The notes: a model not told the origin generated them from the letters alone. A stretch of 38,458 nt of DNA from an uncultured Desulfobacteraceae bacterium (GCA_964436665.1 CAYTDY010000003.1:1-38458), one strand, 5' to 3'. Counted from the stretch's first letter, positions 7,638-18,448 are shown. Made by a program: numbers and translations.

Positions 7638-10217
7638 TTATACCACCACATTAACCAGTTTTTTTTGAACAACGATTACTTTCTTTATTTTTTTATCACC
7701 TATAAAATGCTGAACTCTTTTATCTTTTAAGGCCTGATCCTGGATCTCCTTTTCAGTCAATGAAACAGGAACCTCTATCCTGCTCCTTACCTTACCGTTT
7801 ACCTGAATAACAACTAAGCGGGTCTCTTTCTCAAGGGCCTCTTCCCTGAATGATGGCCATGAAGCAATTGCAAGGCTGTTATCATAATCCATAGCCCCCC
7901 ACAGCTCCTCTGTGATATGTGGGACTACAGGATGTAAGAGTATTATCATTGTGTCCACAGCCTCTTTTATAACAGACCCAGCGCGCTCAGAAATCTCTTC
8001 ACCTTTATTGAGAAACTGATTTACTGTATTGAAGAGTTCCATAATTGCACTGATAGCAGTATTAAAATGGAACCTATCTTCTATATCTTCTGTGACCTTT
8101 TTTATTGTCTGGTGTGTCTTCCGGTGAATATCTTGTAAATCAGGTGAAAGGGGTAAAATTCCATCATAGGGTTTACCATTACACAAGGACTCTTTGTTTT
8201 CAAAAACCAGACGCCAAACCCTATTTAGAAATCTCCAGGCACCCTCTACACCCTCATCACTCCATTCAAGATCCCTCTCAGGTGGTGATGCAAATAAACA
8301 GAACATCCGAACTGTATCTGCGCCATATCGATCAATAAGTTTCTGGGGATCAATCACATTCTTGGTCGATTTGGACATCTTGACAGAACTCCCAATCTCC
8401 GCCCTTTTCCCACAGTGAATGCATCCGCCTTCTTTTACCTCCTCAGGAAAAAGATAGCCATGTTTAAGGCACTTAAATGTCTCTTTGCATACCATACCCT
8501 GGGTCAGAAGATTGGTAAAGGGCTCATCGATTTTTAGATATCCCATATCCTTAAGGACCTTTGTATAGAACCGGGAATAAAGTAGATGCAATATTGCATG
8601 CTCAATGCCGCCGATATATTGATCCACGGGCATCCAGTAGCCAACCTTTTCCTTATCAAATGGACCGCTCTCATATCTGGGAGATGCAAATCTATCAAAA
8701 TACCATGATGACTCAACAAAGGTATCCATGGTATCTGTCTCTCTCTTTGCCGGTCCATCGCACTGGGGGCATTTTGTTTCATAAAAAGAGGCCTCAAAAG
8801 GAAGTGGTGATCTTCCACCTTCTTTGAGATCGAGATCAAGGGGGAGCAACACCGGAAGTTGATCCTCAGGAACTGGAACCACGCCGCACCGAGGGCAATA
8901 AATAACAGGTATAGGGGCACCCCAGTATCTCTGTCTACTAATTCCCCAATCCTTCAGGCGGTAATTTACTGTTTTATAGCCCATTCCCTTGGATTCCAGA
9001 TAATCAATTATCTTATCCAAGGCCTTCATATTTGGCATCCCGTTAAATGGACCTGAGTTGACTAAAATTCCTTCATCAATATAGGCCTCGGTCATTTCCT
9101 CTTCAGTCAAGTCTGTATCCTCTGGTTTAATGACAACCCTGAGGGACAAACCATACTTTTTGGCAAATTCGAAGTCCCTCTGATCATGGGTAGGCACTGC
9201 CATAATCGCACCAGTTCCATATTCATAGAGGACAAAATTGGCTGCAAAGATGGGTATCTCCTCTCCTGTTGCAGGATTCAGGCAATACCTTCCAGTAAAT
9301 ATTCCTTCTTTGACTGTAAAATCAGCTGTCCTCATAAAAGTATCTACCTTGAGTGTTTTTTCAACAAATTCTTTCACATTTTTTTCTTCAGGTCTGTTTT
9401 TTATTAATTCATTTATAAGGGGGTGCTCTGGGGCAAAACAAAGAAAGGTTGCACCAAAAATAGTGTCCTGCCTGGTTGTAAAGACCTCTATAACATGATC
9501 TGAATCAACTACAGGAAACCGTAAAATAGCTCCATGGCTCTCTCCTATCCAGTTCCTCTGCATGGTAAGAACCTTATCTGGCCAACCAGAGAGTTTATCA
9601 CAGTACTCGAGCAATTCCCTGGCGTAGTCTGTAATTTTAAGAAACCAGCTATCCATCTCCCTTAAGATAACCTCCTGGTCAGGATGTCTCCAGCAACACC
9701 CTTCAACAACCTGCTCATTGGCTAATACTGTCTGACATAGATCACACCAGTTAACATAGGTCTTCTTTTTATAAGCCAGGCCTTTTTTAAGCATCCTCAC
9801 AAAAACAAGTTGCTCCCAGCGATAATATTCAGGCCTACAGGTAGCCAGTTCCCTGTCCCAATCATAGCTAAAGCCCATCCTCTTTAACTGGGCTTTCATG
9901 TAATCTATGTTATCGTATGTCCATTTGGCCGGGTGTGTATTATTCTCGATAGCAGCATTCTCAGCTGGCATACCAAAGGCATCCCAGCCCATTGGATGAA
10001 GGACATTAAATCCTCTCATACGCTTATATCGTGCAACTACATCTCCGATAGCATAATTTCTGACATGCCCCATATGTATCTTGCCAGAGGGATATGGATA
10101 CATCTCAAGCAAGTAGTACTTTTTCTTTCCTTTATCTTCAGTGACCTTAAAGTAACCCTTTTTTTCCCAGAAGGACTGCCATTTGACCTCTATTGCTTGA
10201 GAATCATACTTTTTCAT
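7638..10217 (-). CDS. leuS: Leucine--tRNA ligase
   Basis: 859 aa with the HMGH class I motif (PYPSGKIHMGHVRNY), the KMSKS motif (VKMSKSTKNV) and a CP1 editing domain. Confidence 0.96.
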   Translation of the reverse strand: MKKYDSQAIEVKWQSFWEKKGYFKVTEDKGKKKYYLLEMYPYPSGKIHMGHVRNYAIGDVVARYKRMRGFNVLHPMGWDAFGMPAENAAIENNTHPAKWTYDNIDYMKAQLKRMGFSYDWDRELATCRPEYYRWEQLVFVRMLKKGLAYKKKTYVNWCDLCQTVLANEQVVEGCCWRHPDQEVILREMDSWFLKITDYARELLEYCDKLSGWPDKVLTMQRNWIGESHGAILRFPVVDSDHVIEVFTTRQDTIFGATFLCFAPEHPLINELIKNRPEEKNVKEFVEKTLKVDTFMRTADFTVKEGIFTGRYCLNPATGEEIPIFAANFVLYEYGTGAIMAVPTHDQRDFEFAKKYGLSLRVVIKPEDTDLTEEEMTEAYIDEGILVNSGPFNGMPNMKALDKIIDYLESKGMGYKTVNYRLKDWGISRQRYWGAPIPVIYCPRCGVVPVPEDQLPVLLPLDLDLKEGGRSPLPFEASFYETKCPQCDGPAKRETDTMDTFVESSWYFDRFASPRYESGPFDKEKVGYWMPVDQYIGGIEHAILHLLYSRFYTKVLKDMGYLKIDEPFTNLLTQGMVCKETFKCLKHGYLFPEEVKEGGCIHCGKRAEIGSSVKMSKSTKNVIDPQKLIDRYGADTVRMFCLFASPPERDLEWSDEGVEGAWRFLNRVWRLVFENKESLCNGKPYDGILPLSPDLQDIHRKTHQTIKKVTEDIEDRFHFNTAISAIMELFNTVNQFLNKGEEISERAGSVIKEAVDTMIILLHPVVPHITEELWGAMDYDNSLAIASWPSFREEALEKETRLVVIQVNGKVRSRIEVPVSLTEKEIQDQALKDKRVQHFIGDKKIKKVIVVQKKLVNVVV

Positions 10218-10803
10218 TTACTGAACTCCCACTATTATCAATTACTATAGAGTATTCCGCCGCAAGCGGATCGAAATATATCCTTAATTTCTTCTCTAAA
10301 GATTGTAAGTCAGCAAAAAATCTCCCCTCTATTGAAACTATTACCTTTAAGAAAAAATCAACTTCATCCTTTTTGCTCATAAAATAGTAGTCAGCTAATT
10401 CACATATGATAAATCTTATCAATTCCGCATAATCTATTTCTCTCCCTTCAACCCAGGGCACCATGATCCCAAATTCAGATAATTTAAGTCTCTCAATGGT
10501 TGATGATACATTCCTGATAACATATGGCAAGATTTCGGATGAATAACCGCTGACCGGTCCTAAGCCAACAAATAACAACTTATCAGCTCTAATCATTTCT
10601 TGTGGGGCAATTAAAATAATCTCATCTCTTTTTCCCGTAAGGAAATGCCTTTCTATTAATGGGGCTAAAGTACCGGCTAATTTCTCATTGAGCCTGGAAA
10701 GGTATTCTGTAAGGAGGGATTCATCTTCAAACAGGAAGGCAACTACGGCCTGGCACCATAGTTGATCTAAACTTCTGTGAGTTAGCCTTAAATCCAATTT
10801 CAT
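10204..10803 (-). CDS. Hypothetical protein resembling a stand-alone peptidase M17 (leucyl aminopeptidase) N-terminal domain
   Basis: 199 aa. The pattern CQAVVAFLFED...LNEKLAGTLAPLIERHFLTGKRDEIILIAP...KLLFVGLG recalls the non-catalytic M17 N-domain, and no catalytic domain is present. The ORF overlaps the leuS start by 14 nt. Confidence 0.35.
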   Translation of the reverse strand: MKLDLRLTHRSLDQLWCQAVVAFLFEDESLLTEYLSRLNEKLAGTLAPLIERHFLTGKRDEIILIAPQEMIRADKLLFVGLGPVSGYSSEILPYVIRNVSSTIERLKLSEFGIMVPWVEGREIDYAELIRFIICELADYYFMSKKDEVDFFLKVIVSIEGRFFADLQSLEKKLRIYFDPLAAEYSIVIDNSGSSVNEKV

Positions 10804-10917
10804 ATTGATAATGTCTGTTTATGGTTGTCAGTCGTCCGTTGGTTTCTATCGGCAATTTGTTGTTTTTTTTCAAATGTCTGTATTATCTGTTTAACAACGG
10901 GCAACGGGCAACGGGCA

Positions 10918-11349
10918 TTACCGAATATTTAAGGATTTTTTATTAGTCATTAAGGTATTATAAATTTTATCCAGTATGCCGTTAATAAATGCCCCTGACT
11001 CCTCGCTACCGAATTTCTTTCCTACATCCACTGCCTCATTAATAGAAACCTTCGGTGGAATATCATCCCTGTATAAAAGCTCGAATACAGCTAATCTTAA
11101 AATAGAGCGGTCAACCCTCGCTATCCTTTCAAATCGCCAATTTTTTGATGCACTACCTATCAAACTATCCAACTCTCTTATATGAGCGCAGACCCCATGG
11201 ACAAGTTCCTTAGAAAAGGGCTTAACATCTTCAGAGGCGTCAAAGTTATTGCAGATTAAATCAAAGGCTATAGCAGGATCATCTTTTGAAAATTCAAGAT
11301 GAAAAAGAACCTTTATTGCCAGTTCCCTCGAGCGCCTTCTCTTTCCCAT
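10918..11349 (-). CDS. nusB: Transcription antitermination factor NusB
   Basis: I chose the first ATG (MGKRRRSRELAIKVLF...). The upstream 18 codons of the track ORF start at TTG and simply translate a GTTTCA/GTTTCC stutter array. The gene follows ribH, as in many bacteria. Confidence 0.85.
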   Translation of the reverse strand: MGKRRRSRELAIKVLFHLEFSKDDPAIAFDLICNNFDASEDVKPFSKELVHGVCAHIRELDSLIGSASKNWRFERIARVDRSILRLAVFELLYRDDIPPKVSINEAVDVGKKFGSEESGAFINGILDKIYNTLMTNKKSLNIR

Positions 11350-11566
11350 GTGCTTTTTGAAACTTGAAACTCGAAATTTGAAACTGGAAACATGTTCTGT
11401 CAACCACTAAACCCGCAACACCTGAAATAAATAAGCAGTGGACAGATTTGCTCTATAATTCCTAAATTCGTTGGAAGATTTCAGCGCTTAACAAACTCTT
11501 AAATTTGCAGGATTCAAAATTGAATCAAGTTTCCAGTTTCCAGTTTCAATTTTCCAGCAAGGTTAT

Positions 11567-12034
11567 CTAATCAAAAACCTTAAACAGATTGACCATCTCC
11601 ATTGCCGAGACAGCAGCATCCCAACCTTTGTTTCCACTCTTTGCGCCAGCCCTTTCAATCGCCTGCTCTAATGTATCAGTGGTTATCACTCCAAATGCAA
11701 CAGGAATCCGGCTTTCAAGAGCAACAGAGGCTATTCCTCTTGATACTTGGTTACTGATGTATTCAAAGTGTGGAGTAGCACCCCTTATTACAACCCCCAG
11801 ACAAATTACACAGTCAAATCGATCGCCTGAAGACAATCTCTTTGCCATGGAAGGGATTTCAAAGGCACCAGGCACCTTAACAATGGTTATTTGATCATCA
11901 GACGCCCCATGCCTTTTTAGGGCATCTAAGGCCCCATCTAATAATCTCTGGCCTATAAAATCATTAAAACGGCTAACGACAATTGCAAATTTAATTCCTT
12001 TTGCTGAAACCTCTCCTTCAATAAGTTTTGGCAT
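11567..12034 (-). CDS. ribH: 6,7-dimethyl-8-ribityllumazine synthase
   Basis: 155 aa. [12 protein letters not shown] and VPGAFEIP are typical lumazine synthase motifs. Confidence 0.92.
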   Translation of the reverse strand: MPKLIEGEVSAKGIKFAIVVSRFNDFIGQRLLDGALDALKRHGASDDQITIVKVPGAFEIPSMAKRLSSGDRFDCVICLGVVIRGATPHFEYISNQVSRGIASVALESRIPVAFGVITTDTLEQAIERAGAKSGNKGWDAAVSAMEMVNLFKVFD

Positions 12035-12053
12035 GAGTACCCTCCTTATGAAT

Positions 12054-13259
12054 CTACTTATTAATTTCCATAATATGTCCGAGCTTTTCGCATTTAGTTA
12101 AAAGATAACGAATATTCTCAGGTCTTGGAGGGATTTCAATAGGCACTCTGTCCGTGACCGTCAAGTCATAACCCTCAAGACCTACTATTTTCTTTGGATT
12201 GTTGGTCATTATTCTCATCCTTTTAATGCCTAAGGCAACAAGAATCTGAGCACCTACACCATAATCTCTCAAGTCAGCCTCAAAGCCTAGCTTTTTATTT
12301 GCCTCCACTGTATCCAGGCCCTTATCCTGCAACGCATAGGCCTTAAGCTTATTTGCAAAACCTATTCCCCTACCTTCCTGCCTTAAATAGATGACAACTC
12401 CCAGCCCCTCCTGTTCAATCATCTTAAGGGCCTTTTTCAATTGATCTCCACAGTCACATCTGTAGGAACCTAAGACATCCCCTGTTAAACATTCAGAATG
12501 AACCCTAACCAAAATATCTTTGTCCGGGTCGATTTCTCCCTTTATTAAAGCCAGATGCTCACTGTTATCAAGTTCATTTCTAAATGCTATTGCCTTGAAT
12601 TCACCAAACGGGGTTGGCAAAATAGTTTCTGCCTCCTTTTGGACAAAGGACTCATTTCTCATGCGGTAGGCAATTATATCTGCAACAGTAACAACTCTAA
12701 GACCATGTTTTTTGCTAAATCGATCAAGATCAGGTCTTCTGGCCATGGTACCATCATCATTCATTATCTCACAGATAACACCTGCCGGCTTTAGGCCGGC
12801 AAGTCTTGCCATATCTACAGAGCCCTCGGTCTGCCCCGTCCTGAAAAGCACCCCCCCTCTCCTTGCCCTAAGGGGAAATAAATGCCCTGGCTGAACCACG
12901 TCATCAGGTGATGCATCATCTGCCACAGCTGTAAGGATAGTATGTGCCCTATCAGCAGCTGATATACCTGTAGTTACCCCATGCTTTGCCTCTATAGAAA
13001 CAGTAAAGGCAGTCTGAAAATGAGACCGATTATCATGAACCATCAAGGGAAGTTTTAACCTTTCAACTATATCTGCATGGAGGGATAGACAAATCAGGCC
13101 TCTTGCATATTTAGCCATAAAGTTAATAGCCTTGGGAGTGACCTTCTCAGCAGCCATGGTCAAATCGCCCTCGTTCTCCCTGTCCTCATCATCAACAAGG
13201 ATAATCATCTTGCCCTGCCGTAAATCTTCGAGTGCATCCTCTATATTAGAACCGCTCAT
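12054..13259 (-). CDS. ribBA: Bifunctional 3,4-dihydroxy-2-butanone-4-phosphate synthase / GTP cyclohydrolase II
   Basis: Both domains are present: [11 protein letters not shown] for the DHBP synthase and [21 protein letters not shown] for GTP cyclohydrolase II. I prefer the ATG at 13259 because GGAGAAGG lies just upstream. An alternative ATG is at 13277. Confidence 0.9.
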   Translation of the reverse strand: MSGSNIEDALEDLRQGKMIILVDDEDRENEGDLTMAAEKVTPKAINFMAKYARGLICLSLHADIVERLKLPLMVHDNRSHFQTAFTVSIEAKHGVTTGISAADRAHTILTAVADDASPDDVVQPGHLFPLRARRGGVLFRTGQTEGSVDMARLAGLKPAGVICEIMNDDGTMARRPDLDRFSKKHGLRVVTVADIIAYRMRNESFVQKEAETILPTPFGEFKAIAFRNELDNSEHLALIKGEIDPDKDILVRVHSECLTGDVLGSYRCDCGDQLKKALKMIEQEGLGVVIYLRQEGRGIGFANKLKAYALQDKGLDTVEANKKLGFEADLRDYGVGAQILVALGIKRMRIMTNNPKKIVGLEGYDLTVTDRVPIEIPPRPENIRYLLTKCEKLGHIMEINK

Positions 13260-13923
13260 TACCTTCTCCAAAACCATATCTAATTAACATATCTCTATTA
13301 ATCCTTGATGTTGTTTCTTTAGATATGGGCAATCTGTCATGAAAAAGAAATCTCTCTATATACTTGGAAATCAAATCTGTCTCTATGTTCACCCTGCTAC
13401 GAACCCTTTTCTTTAAAATTGTAGTCATATTTGCAGTCTGAGGTATAATATTTACATCAAAGGAGCCTCCCATACACCTGTTGATCGTTAAACTAATTCC
13501 ATCCACAGCAATTGAACCTTTCTCTATCAGATACCTGCTTAAGGTTTTATCTATACCAATTTGAATAATCCATGAGCTTTGCAATTTTTCAATCCTCTCA
13601 ATTACCCCTGTACCATCTACATGACCGCTAACAAGATGTCCACCTAATCGGTCAGACAATCTCAGCGCCCTTTCAAGGTTTACCATCTCACCCTGTTTTA
13701 ATCTTCCTAATGTGCTTCTCGCAAGAGTCTCGGCTGAAACATCCAGAGTTAACAGATCTCTTTTTACACCGGTTATGGTCAAGCAAACACCATCAACGGC
13801 TATGCTTCCTCCTGGATTACAATCAGAAAAAAACTCAGGGGCTTTAATAATATAGGTAGCCTCTGAACCTATCTTCCGGATGTTTCTTACCTCTCCAATC
13901 CCCTCAACAATACCGGTAAACAT
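13246..13923 (-). CDS. ribE: Riboflavin synthase (alpha chain)
   Basis: 225 aa with the N-terminus MFTGIVEGIGEV and an internal duplicated barrel (GGHLVSGHVDG). Confidence 0.92.
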   Translation of the reverse strand: MFTGIVEGIGEVRNIRKIGSEATYIIKAPEFFSDCNPGGSIAVDGVCLTITGVKRDLLTLDVSAETLARSTLGRLKQGEMVNLERALRLSDRLGGHLVSGHVDGTGVIERIEKLQSSWIIQIGIDKTLSRYLIEKGSIAVDGISLTINRCMGGSFDVNIIPQTANMTTILKKRVRSRVNIETDLISKYIERFLFHDRLPISKETTSRINRDMLIRYGFGEGNERF

Positions 13924-13949
13924 AGTCGCTTCGCTTCATTTTAAAATTT

Positions 13950-15083
13950 TCAATTTTCAATTTTCAATTCGACATTCGCAGAATGTCGCCTCGGATATGC
14001 CTCGACCATAATATCATCATCAAATCTCCTGACCATTGAAACCTTCAATGTCAAGCAATCTTCTATTGCATCACATCCAGGCCCTCTCATGAATGGTATA
14101 CCATTATCGCCACCCAAAATTTTAGGTGCCAGGAATATATAAAATTTATCAACAAGTCCCTCTCTTATAACTGTACCAAATATAGTTGCCCCACCTTCGA
14201 CTAAAACTGAACTTATTGACATTCCTGCTAATTTATCCATTAAATCGGCCAGATCGATGCGCCCATCTCTTATCCGGCAGGTAATAATCCTAGCCCCGAG
14301 CCCTTCTAAATTTTTTTTCTTTACATTATTTATATTACTACCACCAGCTATAATGGTCAAGGCAGATGTTCGTGAATTAAGCACTCTACTGTCTAAGGGA
14401 ATCCTTAAATTTGTATCTACTATAACCCTAACAGGATCTCGAGCTGATCTTCTTGTTAAATAAGGTGTCAATAGAGGTTCATCTGCTATAAGAGTTTCTA
14501 TACCAATCATGATAGCATCCACCCTCTTTCTTAAGGCATGAACAAATTTTCTTGATTTTTCATTTGTGATCCACTTTGAATTACCTGTCTGTGTAGCTAT
14601 CCACCCATCAAGGGTAAGAGCACCCTTCACAATCACAAAAGGTTTACCTTTCGTTACATACTTTAAATAGACCTCGTTCAATCTAATGCACTTATCTTCC
14701 AACACATTGCATTTCACCTCAACACCTTCAGAGCGAAGAAAGTTACATCCACTACCAACAACACTCTTATTCGGATCAGTGATTCCAACAACAACTCTCC
14801 TGACGCCACTTTCTAATATGGCCTTTGTGCATGGGGGGGTTCTACCATAATGGTTGCAGGGCTCCAGATTAACGTATAGGGTGGATCCCCTTGCCCTTTT
14901 ACCTGCCTTAGATAAGGCCTCAATTTCGGCATGTGGAGCCCCTGCCTTTTTATGATATCCTGAGCCAATAATCTGGCCATTTTTCACTACAAGGGCCCCT
15001 ACTGCAGGATTTGGAGAGGTTAAGCCCAGGCCTTTTCTCGCAAGCCGGAGCACCTGTTTCATAAATATTTCATCGCCATCCAT
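13950..15083 (-). CDS. ribD: Bifunctional riboflavin biosynthesis deaminase/reductase RibD
   Basis: 377 aa with the deaminase zinc motifs HAEIEAL and PCNHYGRTPPC, followed by a reductase domain. The last ~10 codons run into a CAATTTT stutter array and a GACATTC-GCA-GAATGTC hairpin. Confidence 0.92.
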   Translation of the reverse strand: MDGDEIFMKQVLRLARKGLGLTSPNPAVGALVVKNGQIIGSGYHKKAGAPHAEIEALSKAGKRARGSTLYVNLEPCNHYGRTPPCTKAILESGVRRVVVGITDPNKSVVGSGCNFLRSEGVEVKCNVLEDKCIRLNEVYLKYVTKGKPFVIVKGALTLDGWIATQTGNSKWITNEKSRKFVHALRKRVDAIMIGIETLIADEPLLTPYLTRRSARDPVRVIVDTNLRIPLDSRVLNSRTSALTIIAGGSNINNVKKKNLEGLGARIITCRIRDGRIDLADLMDKLAGMSISSVLVEGGATIFGTVIREGLVDKFYIFLAPKILGGDNGIPFMRGPGCDAIEDCLTLKVSMVRRFDDDIMVEAYPRRHSANVELKIEN

Positions 15084-15232
15084 TGGTCTATTAATAATGG
15101 AATTTATGTTTTTCTGGTAGAAAATTTTTTGATATGTTTTTTTCGAACACTGACAAGTAAATTTAGGAATTGAGGGATTTAGGTATTAAGGAATTCCTTA
15201 ATTTATAATTCCTGAATCCCGGTTAGGCAGTA

Positions 15233-15706
15233 TTAAGATTTATCTTCCTCTCGTCTCTCATCAAGAAGTTCTTTTAATTCCACCATAAACTCATTTATAT
15301 CCTTAAATTGCCGATAAACAGATGCAAACCTGACATAGGCAACATCATCCCATTCTTTAAGTTTTTCAATCACCCTTTCACCTATATCAGAACCCTTTAT
15401 CTCCCTATGGCCACTTTCCTGAAATAGCTGTCCCAGAGAGTCAACAAAATCATCAATCCTATTAATGCTTATTGGTCTCTTCTGGCAAGCTTTCTGAATG
15501 CCCGCCCTGATCTTTTCATGGCTGAAAGGTTCTCTCCTTCCATCCTTTTTTACCACCATGGGTAAAACAGCCTCAACCTTTTCATAGGTGGTAAAACGCT
15601 TTTGACAATTAAGACACTCCCTTCTTCTCCGTATCATCCCTCCATCTTTACTTAACCTGGAATCAATGACCTTATTCCTTATTTCCCCACAAAATGGACA
15701 CTTCAT
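15233..15706 (-). CDS. nrdR: Transcriptional repressor NrdR
   Basis: 157 aa. Has the MKCPFCG...[12 protein letters not shown] zinc ribbon and an ATP-cone, and lies upstream of ribD as in many bacteria. Confidence 0.95.
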   Translation of the reverse strand: MKCPFCGEIRNKVIDSRLSKDGGMIRRRRECLNCQKRFTTYEKVEAVLPMVVKKDGRREPFSHEKIRAGIQKACQKRPISINRIDDFVDSLGQLFQESGHREIKGSDIGERVIEKLKEWDDVAYVRFASVYRQFKDINEFMVELKELLDERREEDKS

Positions 15707-16221
15707 AGAGTTAACCTCACTACTTCAATATTTGCCTCGGCCAGCATCTCATCTGCCAGAGAATCTGGATAACCTTCTAAAAAAAAGATTTTTTCTACCC
15801 CTGCATTAATCAGCATCTTTGAACAAATGATACAAGGCATATGGGTAGCGTAAAGGGTTGTTCCTTTAGTAATAACTCCATAATAGGCAGCCTGTATAAT
15901 TACGTTCTGCTCGGCATGAAGACCCCGGCATAGCTCATGCCTTTCACCCGGCTTTACCTTTAAATTTTCCCTCAGGCAGCCAACCTCCTCACAGTGTCTT
16001 ATACCAGTCGGTGCACCATTATAACCTGTAGCCAAGATCCTTTTATCTTTGACCAACACTGCGCCAACTTTCCTCCTCAGGCAGGTTGATCTTGTGGCTA
16101 CCATCTTTGCAATGGAAATAAAATATTCTGGCCATGAAGGTCTTGGCAATGAATCTCCCAAAATTTTTATAGACCAATATAGGTGAAACTGACTCCAAAG
16201 AGAGATCTTTTCATAACTCAT
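15703..16221 (-). CDS. dCMP / deoxycytidylate deaminase (ComEB type)
   Basis: 172 aa with [27 protein letters not shown] and [13 protein letters not shown]. It overlaps the nrdR start by 4 nt. Confidence 0.85.
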   Translation of the reverse strand: MSYEKISLWSQFHLYWSIKILGDSLPRPSWPEYFISIAKMVATRSTCLRRKVGAVLVKDKRILATGYNGAPTGIRHCEEVGCLRENLKVKPGERHELCRGLHAEQNVIIQAAYYGVITKGTTLYATHMPCIICSKMLINAGVEKIFFLEGYPDSLADEMLAEANIEVVRLTL

Positions 16222-16429
16222 ATCTTCTTAACGAGTATGGCCTTTTCTTCAGTTCCGAGGCTCCCGGGCTGGTCTTTTCAGCCTCGATAATATTAGTAAT
16301 TTAAGGATCAATCTTATTCAGACTAATCTATTACCTTCGTTTAATACTTGAAATTGTAAACTTGAAACTGGATAAATGCAATAAATTCACCCAGAAACCA
16401 GAAGTTCCGACAATAAGGAACAACAAATT

Positions 16430-16861
16430 TCAAGTTTCAATCTCCTCCAACCTCCTTTGATGTCGGCCCCCCTCAAAATCGGTACGTAAAAAAAGATCTA
16501 CCATCTCTAAGGCCAGGCCAAAACCAAGAACCCTTCCTCCGAGGACAAGTATGTTGGCATCGTTGTGCTTTCTGCTAAGCTTAACTGTATAGAGATTGTG
16601 GCAAAGGGCAGCCCTGACATTTTTATATCGGTTAGCAGCTATTGACATGCCAATCCCTGAACCACATATTAATATCCCCCTACTATACTTCTTTTCAGCA
16701 ATATTTTTAGCTACCTCATGGGCAATGATTGGGTAATCAATTGACTCATGACTGAATGCCCCTGCATCCTTAACACTATAGTCGCCTTTTTGGGACAAAA
16801 ATCTCTTTATTTCCTCTTTTAAATCAAATCCGGCGTGATCAGATCCAATAATTATATCCAT
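16430..16861 (-). CDS. rpiB: Ribose-5-phosphate isomerase B
   Basis: 143 aa with the RpiB/LacAB motifs IIIGSDHAGFDLKEEI and ILICGSGIGMSIAANR. Confidence 0.9.
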   Translation of the reverse strand: MDIIIGSDHAGFDLKEEIKRFLSQKGDYSVKDAGAFSHESIDYPIIAHEVAKNIAEKKYSRGILICGSGIGMSIAANRYKNVRAALCHNLYTVKLSRKHNDANILVLGGRVLGFGLALEMVDLFLRTDFEGGRHQRRLEEIET

Positions 16862-16940
16862 TTTTCGTTACTCGTTACTTGTTACCCGTTACTTGTTTTC
16901 TTATCCAGCAACCATCAACGAGGAACCAGCAACTAATCCT

Positions 16941-18182
16941 TTAGGGTACATATTCTCTGAAAATCAATGAACTATTAGTGCCGCCAAACCCAAAAGAATT
17001 GGATAGCACAGTTCTTACCTTTGCCTTTCTGGCCTTGTTCGGGACATAGTCAAGATCGCATTCAGGATCTGGAAATTCATAATTGATGGTTGGGGGAATA
17101 AGGCTATTTTTTATGGTTAAAATAGAATATATCGCCTCTGCCACACCAGCACCACCTAAAATATGTCCTGTCATCGATTTGGTAGAACTTATAGGAACCT
17201 TGAATGCATACTCCCCGAAAACGGATTTTATTCCCTTTGTCTCCGAGATATCATTTAATTTTGTACTCGTTCCATGCGCATTTATGTAATCAATATCGGC
17301 AGGATTTAATCCTGCATCTTTAAGTGCTGCCTCCATACAAAGGCCTGCCCCTATTCCTTCAGGGTCAGGGGCCACTATATGATAAGCATCTGATGACATG
17401 CCATAGCCAATTATTTCAGCATATATATCTGCACCCCTATCAAGTGCATAATTTAATTCTTCTAAAACAATGATACCACCACCCTCTGACATTATGAAAC
17501 CATCCCTTTCTATATCAAAAGGCCTTGATGCCTTCTCAGGTTCATCATTTCTTGTTGAAAGGGATTTCATAGAGGTAAATCCTCCTAATGCCAAGGGGGT
17601 TATGACATTCTCTGTTCCACCGGTTATCATCACTTCAGCTGCCCCCCGCTGAATTATTTTAAATGACTCACCAATGGCATGGGAACTGGCAGCACATGCT
17701 GTTACTATGCAGGTGTTTGGACCTCTGGCCCCGAACTCAATAGCTATCTGGCTTGGGGCCATATTGGCAATTATGCCAGGGATAAAAAAGGGGCTTATCC
17801 TCCTTGGCCCCTTTTCCAAAAGAACCTTATGATAAACCTCAATGTTGCGCAATCCACCTATACCAGAACCTGTCACACACCCTACCCGATTATTGTTTTC
17901 TGGTGTTATCTTGAGCTTTGAATCTTCAATGGCCATTCGAGCTGAGGCTATGGCATAGTGAATGAAGATATCAAAATGCTTGGCATCCTTCGGTGTAAGA
18001 AAATCCTCAGACTTAAAACCCTTGACTTCACCAGCAATCTGGCAAGGAAATAAAGAGGCATCAAATTTGGTAATTGGCCCTATCCCAGATTTGCCCTTTG
18101 AGATAGCCTCCCAATTTTCTTTTACTCCAATCCCAAGGGGTGTAACCATTCCTAATCCTGTAATGACAACTCTCCTTGTCAT
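16941..18182 (-). CDS. fabF: Beta-ketoacyl-ACP synthase II
   Basis: The ATG at 18182 has AAGGAG 7-8 nt upstream ([17 protein letters not shown]). The active-site Cys context is [10 protein letters not shown], and the His motifs HGTST and GHILGGAG are present. Confidence 0.92.
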   Translation of the reverse strand: MTRRVVITGLGMVTPLGIGVKENWEAISKGKSGIGPITKFDASLFPCQIAGEVKGFKSEDFLTPKDAKHFDIFIHYAIASARMAIEDSKLKITPENNNRVGCVTGSGIGGLRNIEVYHKVLLEKGPRRISPFFIPGIIANMAPSQIAIEFGARGPNTCIVTACAASSHAIGESFKIIQRGAAEVMITGGTENVITPLALGGFTSMKSLSTRNDEPEKASRPFDIERDGFIMSEGGGIIVLEELNYALDRGADIYAEIIGYGMSSDAYHIVAPDPEGIGAGLCMEAALKDAGLNPADIDYINAHGTSTKLNDISETKGIKSVFGEYAFKVPISSTKSMTGHILGGAGVAEAIYSILTIKNSLIPPTINYEFPDPECDLDYVPNKARKAKVRTVLSNSFGFGGTNSSLIFREYVP

Positions 18183-18214
18183 CCAGTTTTCTCCTTGATT
18201 ATTCAAATGGTAGC

Positions 18215-18448
18215 TTACCCTTCACTTTTTCCAACATATTCAATAGCATCCCGGACAGTGGCAATCTTTTCAGCATCTTCGTCAGAGATAGAGATACCAA
18301 ATTCCTCTTCCATGGCCATAATCAATTCTACTTGATCGAGGGAGTCTGCACCCAAATCATCCACGAATGATGCCTCTGGAACCACATCTTCTTCACTAAC
18401 CTCCAACTGCTCACAAATAATCTTTTTTATTTTCTCCTCAACAGACAT
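18215..18448 (-). CDS. acpP: Acyl carrier protein
   Basis: The ATG at 18448 is preceded by [26 protein letters not shown] contains the phosphopantetheine-attachment Ser. Confidence 0.93.
   Translation of the reverse strand: MSVEEKIKKIICEQLEVSEEDVVPEASFVDDLGADSLDQVELIMAMEEEFGISISDEDAEKIATVRDAIEYVGKSEG

Noticed and set aside
10895-10915. CRISPR-like or other regular arrays: (CAACGGG)x3 here, (CAATTTT)x3 at 13946-13969, and GTTAC words at 16867-16895
   Set aside because: The units are 7 nt with no unique spacers, and the arrays are shorter than 35 nt. They fit simple-sequence stutter, not CRISPR.
15084-15232. Possible FMN (RFN) riboswitch upstream of ribD
   Set aside because: The 149-nt spacer is AT-rich and dominated by a GGAATT/GGGATT palindrome. 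I see none of the G-rich conserved RFN core segments on the minus strand.
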